A stretch of DNA of 32,000 nt from Ferroglobus placidus DSM 10642 (GCF_000025505.1 NC_013849.1:360001-392000), one strand, 5' to 3'. Counted from the stretch's first letter, positions 9,043-18,401 are shown. Notes: a model not told the origin generated them from the letters alone. Numbers and translations: made by a program.

Positions 9043-9672
9043 ATGAAAAAGTTCACGAAATACGTGCTCGCGGAATTCGGAGGGAAGGTGATAACAAGAG
9101 AAGAATTTGAGAAAGCCTGTAGAAGGTTTGGAGAAAATACTGAAAGAGCGGTAAACTTCATGATATCATACGGTTATCTTGTAAGAATTCTGCGAGGGCT
9201 TTATTACGTGAAAACTCCCGAAGAGTTCAGCATGGGAAAAAGCGTCGATACATTGAAAATAATCTCTCTCGGAATGAACAGGTTGGGAGTAGAGTGGTAT
9301 TTCGGTCTGAATACTGCTCTCAGGCTCAACGGAGTTACGCACGAGTTTTCTCCGGTGATACACGTGATCAGCGATTCCATCTACAGGCCGAAGACAATAG
9401 AGATCAACAGAGAGGATGTAAAGTTCATAAAGCTGAAAAAGAATCTCTTCGGTTTTGGAGTTGTTGAGAAAAATTCGATGAAATACTCGGATCTTGAGAA
9501 AACACTCCTCGACATGGTTTATCTCTCGAGATACCGATCTACGCCCGAGGAAAGGATTGTGGCAACCCTGATAGAATACGGAAAGAAAGCCAGAAAGAAA
9601 AAGCTTGCTGAATATCTAAAGCGCTATCCGAAAAGTGTTGAGAGAGTGGTGAAAAATGCCGGACTTGTCTGA
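9043..9672 (+). CDS. AbiEi-like antitoxin (type IV TA, wHTH transcriptional regulator)
   Basis: N-terminal HTH with LRGLYYVK, LGMNRLGVEWYFGLNTALRLNG, DLEKTLLDMVYLSRY, directly upstream of and overlapping an AbiEii-like ORF. Confidence 0.8.
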   Translation: MKKFTKYVLAEFGGKVITREEFEKACRRFGENTERAVNFMISYGYLVRILRGLYYVKTPEEFSMGKSVDTLKIISLGMNRLGVEWYFGLNTALRLNGVTHEFSPVIHVISDSIYRPKTIEINREDVKFIKLKKNLFGFGVVEKNSMKYSDLEKTLLDMVYLSRYRSTPEERIVATLIEYGKKARKKKLAEYLKRYPKSVERVVKNAGLV

Positions 9673-10567
9673 GTTTGTTGCTTTCGTGGCCGAGAAATCG
9701 GGAATTCGGAAACCATCTCTAATAGAGAAAGACATTCTCATCCACAGAATTTTAAAGGGAATAAAAGAGAATTTCGGAGACAGCTACCTTTTCAAGGGTG
9801 GTAGCTGTATTGTGAAGTGCTACTTTGGCTATTACCGTTTCAGTGTGGATCTGGATTTCACATGGAGGGAGCAGGAAAAATGGAAAAGTCTCGGAAAGAG
9901 AAGGCTCAGAAAAGAGCTTGTCGCTCACGCCGGAAAATTCGCCTCGGTTCTTGAGAGTATTTCAGGTGAGACGGAGCTTGATTTCAGATGCGATCTGAAA
10001 AATACAAACTACGTTGAGTTCGGCAGCGGGAGCAGGATGGTGACATTCAAGCTCTGGAAGGACGGAGAGCTCATAAAGGTTCAGGTAAATTTTGTTGAGG
10101 AACTGCTTTTTCCTCATGAAAACAGAATCGCAGAAACGCTTCTTTCCGGGAAGAGGCTGAAAAGGGATGAAATGGCATACTTTCAGGACTTTCTTGATTT
10201 TTACACACCCTTTAAAGTCGCATGCTACAGTCTTAAGGAGATTCTCTGCGAGAAGATACGTGCGCTTCTAACGCGGCAGGCTTTCAAGCTCAGGGATGTT
10301 TACGATGTTTTCATGATCGAAAAAGCGGGAATGAAGGTTGAGAATTTCAGGGAGGAAATCATGAAAAAGATCGTGGCTGCCATGAAGTTTGAGAGATACA
10401 GAAAATCAGTGGAGAGGAGTGCTGAAAGCATCGAGCTTGAAAGTGTGATAAGCGATCCCTACGAACTCGAGATATTTATTTCAAAACCTGAAAGTGAGTT
10501 TTTCTCCTTTGCGAAGAAACTGGAAAATTTTCTTAGGGAAATTGCAACTAGTGCAGTAAAACTTTAA
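9656..10567 (+). CDS. AbiEii/AbiGii-like nucleotidyltransferase toxin
   Basis: YLFKGGSCIVKCYFGYYRFSVDLDFTWR (nucleotidyltransferase G-S/DxD region), KLIKVQVNFVEELLFP, EILCEKIRALLTRQAFKLRDVYDVFMIEK. Confidence 0.85.
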   Translation: MPDLSEFVAFVAEKSGIRKPSLIEKDILIHRILKGIKENFGDSYLFKGGSCIVKCYFGYYRFSVDLDFTWREQEKWKSLGKRRLRKELVAHAGKFASVLESISGETELDFRCDLKNTNYVEFGSGSRMVTFKLWKDGELIKVQVNFVEELLFPHENRIAETLLSGKRLKRDEMAYFQDFLDFYTPFKVACYSLKEILCEKIRALLTRQAFKLRDVYDVFMIEKAGMKVENFREEIMKKIVAAMKFERYRKSVERSAESIELESVISDPYELEIFISKPESEFFSFAKKLENFLREIATSAVKL

Positions 10568-10692
10568 ATATCAGTTTTTCATAATTAGATTTTGTAATTT
10601 TGCATCTTGCTGTGTGGGGAAAGGGGCTCTGTTGAGCGTCATTTCAGTTCGGCCTGGGCGCCAATTGCATTTTACAGAGCCTCCCCCAATTT

Positions 10693-11904
10693 ATGAGGGT
10701 GGAGAGAGTATCTGAAGATATGGATGATATACACGCATACAGAAAACGCTACGAGATCGCAATCAGACTTCTTAAGAACTCGAATATCTCGGAAAGAAAT
10801 AAAGAGATCATTGAAAAATTCTGCAATGACTGCTTTGCTCAGGGAATAACAGCTGGAAGGGTGCAGAAATACGCATTTATTCTGAGAAAGGTTGCAGAAT
10901 GGCTGGGAAAAGATTTTGACAATATTATAGAGGACGATCTCAAGAGAGTTATTGCGATAATAAACACGTCTCCATTCACAGAATGGACAAAACACGATTA
11001 CAGGCGTTCGATAAAGAAGTTCTTCAAATGGCTGGGAAAGGAGGAGTTAGTCTCCTGGATAAAGTGCAGAGGACCAAAAAACAGAAAGCTTCCTGAGGAA
11101 ATTCTTACTGAGGATGATATAAAGAAGATGATAGACGTTGCCCAGAATTCTAGGGACAGGGCAATTATTTCTGTTCTCTACGAATCAGGATGCAGGGCAG
11201 GAGAGTTTCTCTCGATGAGAATGAAAAACGTTTCCTTTGACAGATACGGAGCTGTAATCATAGTTCACGGAAAAACAGGATACAGGAGAATAAGGCTTGT
11301 TTCCTCTTCTCCATATCTTGCGGAGTGGATAAACATGCATCCTTTCAGAGAAAATCCAGAGGCATGGCTCTGGATCTCGACAAAAACCTTCAGGAGAATA
11401 CCCTACAATACCCTTCGCGCAATCCTGAGAAACATAGCAATAAAAGCCGGAATACGGAAAAAGGTTAATCCGCACGCTTTCAGGCACGCGAGGGCAACTC
11501 ATTTAGCGAAGTTCCTTACAGAAGCGCAGATGAAGGAGTTCTTTGGCTGGGTTCAGGACAGCGATATGGCTTCTGTATATGTGCATCTATCTGGGAGAGA
11601 TGTTGATAGAGCAATACTTCAGCTCTACGGAATGCAGGTTGAGGATGAAAGAGAGGAAAACGAAAAGCTCATGCCGAGGAAATGCATGCGCTGCGGCGAG
11701 ATAAATCCAGCAACGAATAAAGTTTGCAGAAGTTGTTATTTCCCTCTTGATGGAAATGCTGAAAGTTTTCTGGAAAAGGAAGTGAAAAGAGAAATAATCG
11801 ATGCTGTTATAGAAACGCTGTGGAACGACAGGGAGTTCAGGGAAACGTTCATGCGCAAAATCAAAGAGCTTGCTGAACAGTCAAGAATTGCTGTTTATAG
11901 CTAA
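10693..11904 (+). CDS. Tyrosine recombinase/integrase with C-terminal zinc ribbon
   Basis: ISVLYESGCRAGEFLSMRMKNV, VNPHAFRHARATHLAKFL, MASVYVHLSGRDVDRAIL, then CMRCGEINPATNKVCRSC. Confidence 0.9.
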   Translation: MRVERVSEDMDDIHAYRKRYEIAIRLLKNSNISERNKEIIEKFCNDCFAQGITAGRVQKYAFILRKVAEWLGKDFDNIIEDDLKRVIAIINTSPFTEWTKHDYRRSIKKFFKWLGKEELVSWIKCRGPKNRKLPEEILTEDDIKKMIDVAQNSRDRAIISVLYESGCRAGEFLSMRMKNVSFDRYGAVIIVHGKTGYRRIRLVSSSPYLAEWINMHPFRENPEAWLWISTKTFRRIPYNTLRAILRNIAIKAGIRKKVNPHAFRHARATHLAKFLTEAQMKEFFGWVQDSDMASVYVHLSGRDVDRAILQLYGMQVEDEREENEKLMPRKCMRCGEINPATNKVCRSCYFPLDGNAESFLEKEVKREIIDAVIETLWNDREFRETFMRKIKELAEQSRIAVYS

Positions 11905-11944
11905 AGACAGTTAAAAGAAACTAACAGGGATTGAAAAGTATAGT

Positions 11945-12160
11945 TCATTCTTTAGCTCTCTTTATAAATTCTTCTGCAAGCTCGCTGAAAACATCCTTTA
12001 CCCACTTTCTTTCCTCATCAAAGCTGCTCTTTTCTTCGAACTTATGTCCGTTCCTGCACCTGAAGATTCTTCTGAAAACTCCTTTGCTGAAATCGGGCTC
12101 GATGTTGCTAAGAATCGCATCCTCTCCGCAGAAAGGGCATTTCCTGAATATTCCGGGCAT
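11945..12160 (-). CDS. Small zinc-ribbon-like protein
   Basis: MPGIFRKCPFCGEDAILSNIEPDFSKGVFRRIFRCRNGHKFEEKSSFDEERKWVKDVF. The ORF extends to 12214, but the internal Met at 12160 fits better. Confidence 0.5.
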   Translation of the reverse strand: MPGIFRKCPFCGEDAILSNIEPDFSKGVFRRIFRCRNGHKFEEKSSFDEERKWVKDVFSELAEEFIKRAKE

Positions 12161-12180
12161 GATCCTATTTCTTGTAATGC

Positions 12181-13179
12181 ATGAAGAAAAATAGAAAGAG
12201 AGAAATTCTTGCAAACTCGGGAATAATGGTTATAAATTTACAGTTTTTTAGTGTTTTTATGATTCCAGAAACCGAGATAAACAGCTTTATAAATACAATA
12301 CTTTCTGAAAGACCCTTTTTGAACACCTTTAAAATACCAACTTTACAGATTTATCATAAAGGTGGGTTAATAAAGCTAGGTACTCGCTCAGTGTATGTTG
12401 ATTTTCCACGAGGAGTTTATGAATTGCAAAGATTTTTACTAGAACTCTGTAATCGTGTAATAGAGTCAGCAGGTCATGATTATCAAAATGGAACAGAGAT
12501 GATAAAATCGCAAAAAGCCGATCCAAAGAGCGATATAAATTTTCTAACATCCATTCTTGAAAAATTTAGGATCAAGTGGAGTATAACTTTTCTTCCATAT
12601 TATAAGAAGCCAGTCATCAAATTCTATGTAAATGGATATTTCAAGTCACTCTGGCCATTCAAACTAAAATCGTTCGTTGAAGAACTCAACCAAGGAAGAG
12701 ATAGTCCCAAGGAAATTTACGAAAAAGCTAGGACACTCACACCCGAATTTTTGAGGGTATCTGAAGCTGCAAAAAGAGAGACACTTTCAAAAATACCATC
12801 TTGCTTTGAGCTGCTGTTTAATTCCAGTCTCAGCCCATACTCTGAAATTCAGGGATTGGTAAAGCTCATGGAGAGATTGTACAGGATAGCTGAAAAAGTA
12901 GAAGACATGTTATTCCAATACCTTATTCTAGAATCTATTGCGGATTTAAAAACATCCCTGCATAACCTCATGAGAGTACTTGAAAGTGGCTATGCATTTG
13001 GATGCTATCCTCTACTAAGAAAATTTTTGACAAGCTTTTCATATGCTATTTTTCTGCATTCTTTTTACATGTATATGCAGGAGCACAAAACTCCAGAAGA
13101 ATTATACGAAAGTGATAAGGAAGATTTAAGAGAAGCTCTCTTGAACTATGCCGCAAATTTTCTTCAGAATGGAAACTGA
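12181..13179 (+). CDS. Hypothetical protein (332 aa)
   Basis: Long AT-rich ORF with no recognised domain. Followed 21 nt later by another ORF on the same strand. Confidence 0.55.
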   Translation: MKKNRKREILANSGIMVINLQFFSVFMIPETEINSFINTILSERPFLNTFKIPTLQIYHKGGLIKLGTRSVYVDFPRGVYELQRFLLELCNRVIESAGHDYQNGTEMIKSQKADPKSDINFLTSILEKFRIKWSITFLPYYKKPVIKFYVNGYFKSLWPFKLKSFVEELNQGRDSPKEIYEKARTLTPEFLRVSEAAKRETLSKIPSCFELLFNSSLSPYSEIQGLVKLMERLYRIAEKVEDMLFQYLILESIADLKTSLHNLMRVLESGYAFGCYPLLRKFLTSFSYAIFLHSFYMYMQEHKTPEELYESDKEDLREALLNYAANFLQNGN

Positions 13180-13199
13180 TTCAGTCTTATACTTATTTT

Positions 13200-13604
13200 G
13201 TGCTGGTGAAAAGCATAGAACCTATTTCCAAAGAGAAAATTCTACCAATCCAGGATTTAAGGACGTTTTTCAATGTTAGAGAAAAGATTCTGAAAGAAGA
13301 CCGTGTAATTCAGCCTAGGGATAAGTTCCTAATAGAACTTTTAGATCTTCTAGCTGTGAAACCTGCAAATGTTTTCGAAATTAACGATATAAACACTATA
13401 AACATTAGAAGTAAGGAAATTTGGGAGGAATACAAGAAACTAAGCGAAGTTGTTCATACGCCAATATTCATTGATTTTCCTCCGTTTTCATCAATTCTCG
13501 AGTACATAGGAATTGTTCATCATTTGAGGAAAGTAAGATACAATCTTGAGAAAGTGATAACCAACTATAGTAAGCTAATAAAAAGAAAGAAAAGAAAACA
13601 ATAA
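13200..13604 (+). CDS. Hypothetical protein (134 aa), probably co-transcribed with the upstream ORF
   Basis: ORF MLVKSIEPISKEKILPIQDLRTFFNVREK...NYSKLIKRKKRKQ, close behind 12181..13179. Confidence 0.45.
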   Translation: MLVKSIEPISKEKILPIQDLRTFFNVREKILKEDRVIQPRDKFLIELLDLLAVKPANVFEINDINTINIRSKEIWEEYKKLSEVVHTPIFIDFPPFSSILEYIGIVHHLRKVRYNLEKVITNYSKLIKRKKRKQ

Positions 13605-13609
13605 TTTAT

Positions 13610-13909
13610 TTACCTTCTCTCAATTTTAAACCTCAGAAGTCCTTCAAATCCCAGAGCTAGCACCTCCGCTCTGAACTTCTCGTTCTCATACGTTTCCGAG
13701 TTGAAGGTGTGTGGTATCGTTCTGTATTCTCCGAAAAGGTCTTTCAGCACGTCTTTGACGGAGTTCCCTACCTCACTGAAAGACAGCTCACCAATTCTGT
13801 ATCTCTCTCCGTTCAGCTCGATTTCACCCCGGTCTATGTCATAGACTATCCGTACCTCCCTGTTTTTTCCGATATAATCTCTGAGCAAATTTTTCAGCTC
13901 CATGATCAT
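13610..13909 (-). CDS. Hypothetical protein (99 aa)
   Basis: MIMELKNLLRDYIGKNREVRIVYDIDRGEIELNGERYRIGELSFSEVGNSVKDVLKDLFGEYRTIPHTF.... Coding-like composition and the internal order of a compact domain. Confidence 0.45.
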   Translation of the reverse strand: MIMELKNLLRDYIGKNREVRIVYDIDRGEIELNGERYRIGELSFSEVGNSVKDVLKDLFGEYRTIPHTFNSETYENEKFRAEVLALGFEGLLRFKIERR

Positions 13910-14016
13910 TTTCCTGTTCGAATTCGCTTATAACGGAAAGGAGAGTGGATTGCAAAATTGCAAAGCAAATTTTGTCAGCAATAAAAATTTTAAATTTTCC
14001 TTCATAATCTCATGAG

Positions 14017-14724
14017 GTGACCGGTATGAAGAGAATTTTGCTGGCCCTGCTGCTGGTAGTCTTTGCCATTTCTATCGCGCATGCAGCGAGCAAGCCACAG
14101 CTGGAGAAAATAACGTTTGTTCACTACATTAAGGGCTCTCAGGGAAAACCAACATGGGATGAGAACGTAACGGATTACAAGCTAATTGCAGGAGGGATAA
14201 AGTGGAAGAGTCTGCCAATAAGGTACAGCATTTCACTGCATGGAAAACCGAGCAATCTCGATAACAACTTTGTTATCAGCGCGATAAATAACGCCTCGGA
14301 AACCTGGGATGAATATGTAGATGCGAACCTCTACGAGATGCAGAGCATAACAAACGAGCCTGTCATCTCCGGAGACGGCAATAACACGGTCGGCTGGGGT
14401 GTGCTTCCTGAAAATGTTATTGCCGTGACACATCTCTGGTACAATCCGGCAACAAAGGAAATAGTCGAGTTTGACATAGTTTTCAACACGCTCTATAAAT
14501 GGGGTAACGCGGATCCAGATAATGATGGAATAGCTGACAACCCTGACGTTATGGATCTGCAAAATATCGCAACTCATGAATTCGGCCACAACGGTCTTGA
14601 CGATCTAAGACCTCCGAAGGATTCGGAGCTGACGATGTACTACAAAAGCGATTACGGAGAGATAAAGAAGAGAACGCTTGGCATTGGAGACATTCTCGGA
14701 ATTCAGAAACTTTACGGTAGTTAG
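14017..14724 (+). CDS. Secreted matrixin-like zinc metalloprotease
   Basis: Signal peptide MKRILLALLLVVFAISIAHA, zinc motif HEFGHNGLDDL, and the C-terminal TMYYKSDYGEIKKRTLGIGDILGIQKLYG typical of matrixins. Confidence 0.75.
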   Translation: MTGMKRILLALLLVVFAISIAHAASKPQLEKITFVHYIKGSQGKPTWDENVTDYKLIAGGIKWKSLPIRYSISLHGKPSNLDNNFVISAINNASETWDEYVDANLYEMQSITNEPVISGDGNNTVGWGVLPENVIAVTHLWYNPATKEIVEFDIVFNTLYKWGNADPDNDGIADNPDVMDLQNIATHEFGHNGLDDLRPPKDSELTMYYKSDYGEIKKRTLGIGDILGIQKLYGS

Positions 14725-14806
14725 TAATTTTTTAACCCGATTTTTTATTTCTTTGCAGCTCACTGCCTCTTCACAGTATTATTCTGTTTTCAAAAACAAG
14801 AAAAAC

Positions 14807-15364
14807 ATGGATATCATGAAACTCGCCCGCTTTCTCGAGGAAATGCAGTATTTTCCAGAGAACATATCCTTCAGGGATGACTGGCTGGGATGGAAGCTGG
14901 TGTACTGCGATGCGCTTCTCTACATGCACGAGAGCCAGAAAGATGTTGTGAAAAATCTTGCAAAACATGCAGCTGAGCACGAGAACCACAAGCTCGTTTT
15001 CAGAACATCGGGAAACGTATTCTGTGATTACGTCTATCTCTTCGTGAACGACAGCGAAAATCCAGAGCTACCGTATTTCATGCTGAACAGAAATGAGATT
15101 TTCGAGTATTACGATGACTTTCTCGAAAGACTTTCTATTAAGGGAAACAGCATCGTGTTCAGAACGGATAGCGGGATTTACAGGTTTGACGATTATGAAT
15201 GGCTAATCGAGGAATATGGAGATGATGCCCGTGACGTCTTTCTGGAAGAGGAGTTCTGGCGCTACATCTATTCAGGACACTTTGATCCGCTTCCGCTCAC
15301 GGAGGAAGTGGATGTGTGGAGAAGGAAGGTAATTAGAGTTCACAGGGATGTGCCAAGAGTTTGA
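14807..15364 (+). CDS. Hypothetical protein
   Basis: ORF opens at 14678. MDIMKLARFLEEMQYFPENISFRDDWLGWKLVYCDALLYMHESQ from 14807 is a better start. Confidence 0.5.
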   Translation: MDIMKLARFLEEMQYFPENISFRDDWLGWKLVYCDALLYMHESQKDVVKNLAKHAAEHENHKLVFRTSGNVFCDYVYLFVNDSENPELPYFMLNRNEIFEYYDDFLERLSIKGNSIVFRTDSGIYRFDDYEWLIEEYGDDARDVFLEEEFWRYIYSGHFDPLPLTEEVDVWRRKVIRVHRDVPRV

Positions 15365-15483
15365 TCGTTTCTTCCCTTCTTAGCATTTTTCAGCAAGTTT
15401 ATCTCTTTTCAGGATGAGCTGACGGTTTTCTGCAATTTTCTCTCCCTTCCTGTTTTTCTTTCAGCTCACACAGGATAAAAAAC

Positions 15484-15699
15484 ATGAAAGCAAATCCGTT
15501 TTCCGCACTTAGAAGAATGAGCACGGAAGCAGCTGTTTTTGCAGCAATAACACTGCTTCTCTCCACTCTTGCTGTGATGCAGGCACTTGCTGGAAATCTC
15601 ATAAATGCCATGCAACTCGAGATATTTGCTCTTCTCTCCCTTCAGCTATACCATTTCGAGATAACGAAGAGCATGATTAGAAGGGTGAGAAAGGAATGA
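15484..15699 (+). CDS. Small membrane protein
   Basis: Hydrophobic segments AAVFAAITLLLSTLAVMQALAG and AMQLEIFALLSLQL. Overlaps the next ORF. Confidence 0.5.
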   Translation: MKANPFSALRRMSTEAAVFAAITLLLSTLAVMQALAGNLINAMQLEIFALLSLQLYHFEITKSMIRRVRKE

Positions 15700-15884
15700 A
15701 GGCACTTCTTGCATTTGCCACGGGCCTTTTCCTCGGATTCATTGCAAGAACACTCGCAAGAAGTTTTAAAGGCACGGTGCTTTTGCTTGCCGCCATTATA
15801 GCTGTTACAGGGATACTCACAGAGAGAACAGAGCTGAGCCTGATAAGCATCCCCCTGATGCTCCTCGCGAGAAAGGGTGGTTGA
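15696..15884 (+). CDS. Small membrane protein
   Basis: MKALLAFATGLFLGFIARTLARSFKGTVLLLAAIIAVTGILTERTELSLISIPLMLLARKGG. Overlaps the upstream stop region. Confidence 0.5.
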   Translation: MKALLAFATGLFLGFIARTLARSFKGTVLLLAAIIAVTGILTERTELSLISIPLMLLARKGG

Positions 15885-15885
15885 T

Positions 15886-16671
15886 ATGATCGATTCGCTC
15901 AGAAGATTTCTCAGCGGTGTATGCAGACTCTCTCCGGAATTCATGCGGGAAATCAAGGTAGGTGAGCGCGTCAGGCTTAAGCCTGGAGAGATTTCGAATG
16001 ATTATCTTTTAAGCACAGCCTACAGGCTGCTCTGGAAGAGGAAGGAAATGTACTCGATTGAAATACGGAAAGGTGATGAAATAAACTGCTTTGCATCTGC
16101 AGGGAATACGGAAGCTCTTGAATATCTGCTGAGAAGACTCATGGCCGTGTATACCTTTCCAGAACTTGAGCCTGCATGCATTCAGCTTCCTGAAAAAGAA
16201 TGCTATGTCTCTGCTGGCTATGTTAAGCTATCAGGAACTCCCTACATGCTTCACGATCCCGAGCAGAATATCCTGACTCATGCCCTTGCTGCAGCGGATA
16301 ATGTGTTTGTGCAGTTTCTTTTCAAACCCGAGAAGATCGTTCTTGAAAGACTTGGTTATGAAAGCCCTGTTTTCAAGCTTCGTGTTTCTGTTGCAAGCTT
16401 TTCAGAGAGCTGGAAGGAGGCTGTGAATTCCTGTAAGCGTGTACTCGAGAGCTTCACAGTTCTGAGTTCTGCATATTCATCCCTCGTGCCAGTAATTCCA
16501 AGAGTGCCGAATTCGTGCGTTCTGCTCAGAAGCATGCTGGAGAGAAGGTTTCTTCCCGGTGATAACTTTAGAGTTACAGCTGAGGAGCTCGCCATGATCA
16601 CGAAAATTCCCGGTGATATTGTTGATAATCGGCACAGCAGGGAAAAGAAAACTGAAGATACCGATAAGTGA
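15886..16671 (+). CDS. N-terminal-domain-like protein coupled to the downstream VirD4/TraG-like ATPase
   Basis: ORF with ATG at 15886. The C-terminal VTAEELAMITKIPGDIVDNRHSREKK resembles the region that precedes the ATPase core in single-chain relatives. Overlaps the ATPase ORF. Confidence 0.5.
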   Translation: MIDSLRRFLSGVCRLSPEFMREIKVGERVRLKPGEISNDYLLSTAYRLLWKRKEMYSIEIRKGDEINCFASAGNTEALEYLLRRLMAVYTFPELEPACIQLPEKECYVSAGYVKLSGTPYMLHDPEQNILTHALAAADNVFVQFLFKPEKIVLERLGYESPVFKLRVSVASFSESWKEAVNSCKRVLESFTVLSSAYSSLVPVIPRVPNSCVLLRSMLERRFLPGDNFRVTAEELAMITKIPGDIVDNRHSREKKTEDTDK

Positions 16672-18376
16672 TATCTTGCAGCACCAGCACGTGATAGGCG
16701 CGACAGGTACGGGAAAGAGCACTTTTCTGGCAAATCAGGCTGTGCAGGCGTTTGAAGAGGGAGCATGCTGCGTTGTGATAGATCCGCACGGGGATCTCGC
16801 TCTTGATATCCTGAGAGCTGTTAATCCGGGGGATCTTGGTAAGGTGTACTTTCTCGATCCCGTCAGAGTGCGCTTTTCTCTAAACCCGTTAGAGCTTCCC
16901 GCGGAGTGCCACAGCAGAGAAATAGCCGTTGAGAGAATGATAGGCGAGATCACCGAATTTTTCAGAAAATTCTATGGCAGGCAGTACTGGGGGCCGTCGC
17001 TGAACAGGATATTTCAGGAAGGGCTGAGAGCTCTCTACGAGAAAGATGACGCCCCCACGCTTGGTGATCTCTACGATCTCGTGAGCGGAAGAATAAGGCA
17101 TGAGGAATTTGAAAAAGAGCTGAAAAAGCTGCCGAGGGGAAGGACAGATGCCGTGCTCAACAAGCTCGCACCGTTTGTCAGGAACAGGTTTCTCTCCAGA
17201 ATTCTATGCTCAAAACCGGCAAGCGTCAGGATTGAAGAGCTCATGAAGCCGGGGAGCCTGGTGATTTTCAGGCTTTCCAGAGGAGAGATTTCTGAAGCTG
17301 TTTCATCCCTTCTCGGCTCCGCGATAATAACGCAGACGTGGCTCCATGCAATCTCCCGAGAGAGCAGGTTTCTGGTAATTCTTTTCATTGACGAGCTCCA
17401 GATATTCTCGCATCTTGAAACTCTCTGCAGCATTCTCTCGGAAGGAAGAAAGTACGCTATCTCGCTTGTTGCAGCCCATCAGCACCTGAAACAGCTTCCG
17501 GAAAAACTTCTCAACGATCTTCTTGGAAACGCAGGAATGAGGGTTGTTTTCAGGGTTTCCGGAGAGGATGCGAGAACTCTCGCAAGGGCTCTGGGAAATG
17601 AAGACATTTCTGAAAGACTTATCTCTCTTTCGGATGGAAGAGCAGTTGTGTGGATAAGGGGAAGCTTCAGGGAAGTGGAGAGGATTGTGGAGATTTCAAC
17701 ACTCCCGCTGATTTACAGAAATCCGTTTTCCGAACATGCCACAGATAGAATGCGGAAGCTTTTTGAAATTCCCGAAAGAGAGGAGGAATTTGCTGATCCT
17801 GAGATTTACGAGCTTCTCCACATTTTGCTAGAGAAAAGCATGAGCATGAGCGAGATATTTGAGAAATACAGGAAAATCCTTCCGGGAGTGAAAGCGAGCT
17901 ATGTCTCTGCTCTTGTTGAAAGAGTTGAAAGGCTCGGATTTGTTAAGAGGAATGTCGTGAAGCAGAGAAGGGGAAGGCCAAAGATTGTGGTTGAGCTGAG
18001 CGAGAAAGCTGTTGAACTTCTTGATCTAAGGCACACCTCGAGAAGAGCCGGAGGTGAGCTTCATTCGAAACTCGCAAAGATCTGCGCTGAAAGGTTAAGA
18101 AAAGATGGATGTGCCGTGATATTTCCTCCTCAGGCTGGAAGAGAAGAACAGCCGGACATGATAGCTTATAAAAGATCTCCTGATGGATGGGAAGAGATTG
18201 CGGTTGAAATTGAAACTAGAGCGGATCACCCTGAGCAGGTGATGAGAAACTACAAGAAGAATATCCGAAAGGGAAGGAAAGTAATTTTCGTTGTTCCGGA
18301 CGAGAGAATTGCTGAAAGAGTGAGAAAAATTCTTGGGGATAGGGATTACACTGTTGAAGTGACTGAATATTTTTAA
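16613..18376 (+). CDS. VirD4/TraG/HerA-like DNA-translocating ATPase with PD-(D/E)XK-like C-terminus
   Basis: Walker A HVIGATGTGKSTFL, CVVIDPHGDLALDIL, Walker B LVILFIDELQIFSHLETL, SLVAAHQHLKQLPEKLL. C-terminus: GREEQPDMIAYKRSPDGWEEIAVEIETRADHPEQVMRNYKK. Confidence 0.8.
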   Translation: MILLIIGTAGKRKLKIPISDILQHQHVIGATGTGKSTFLANQAVQAFEEGACCVVIDPHGDLALDILRAVNPGDLGKVYFLDPVRVRFSLNPLELPAECHSREIAVERMIGEITEFFRKFYGRQYWGPSLNRIFQEGLRALYEKDDAPTLGDLYDLVSGRIRHEEFEKELKKLPRGRTDAVLNKLAPFVRNRFLSRILCSKPASVRIEELMKPGSLVIFRLSRGEISEAVSSLLGSAIITQTWLHAISRESRFLVILFIDELQIFSHLETLCSILSEGRKYAISLVAAHQHLKQLPEKLLNDLLGNAGMRVVFRVSGEDARTLARALGNEDISERLISLSDGRAVVWIRGSFREVERIVEISTLPLIYRNPFSEHATDRMRKLFEIPEREEEFADPEIYELLHILLEKSMSMSEIFEKYRKILPGVKASYVSALVERVERLGFVKRNVVKQRRGRPKIVVELSEKAVELLDLRHTSRRAGGELHSKLAKICAERLRKDGCAVIFPPQAGREEQPDMIAYKRSPDGWEEIAVEIETRADHPEQVMRNYKKNIRKGRKVIFVVPDERIAERVRKILGDRDYTVEVTEYF

Positions 18377-18401
18377 GTTCAAAAAATAAAGTAATAGTAA
18401 G

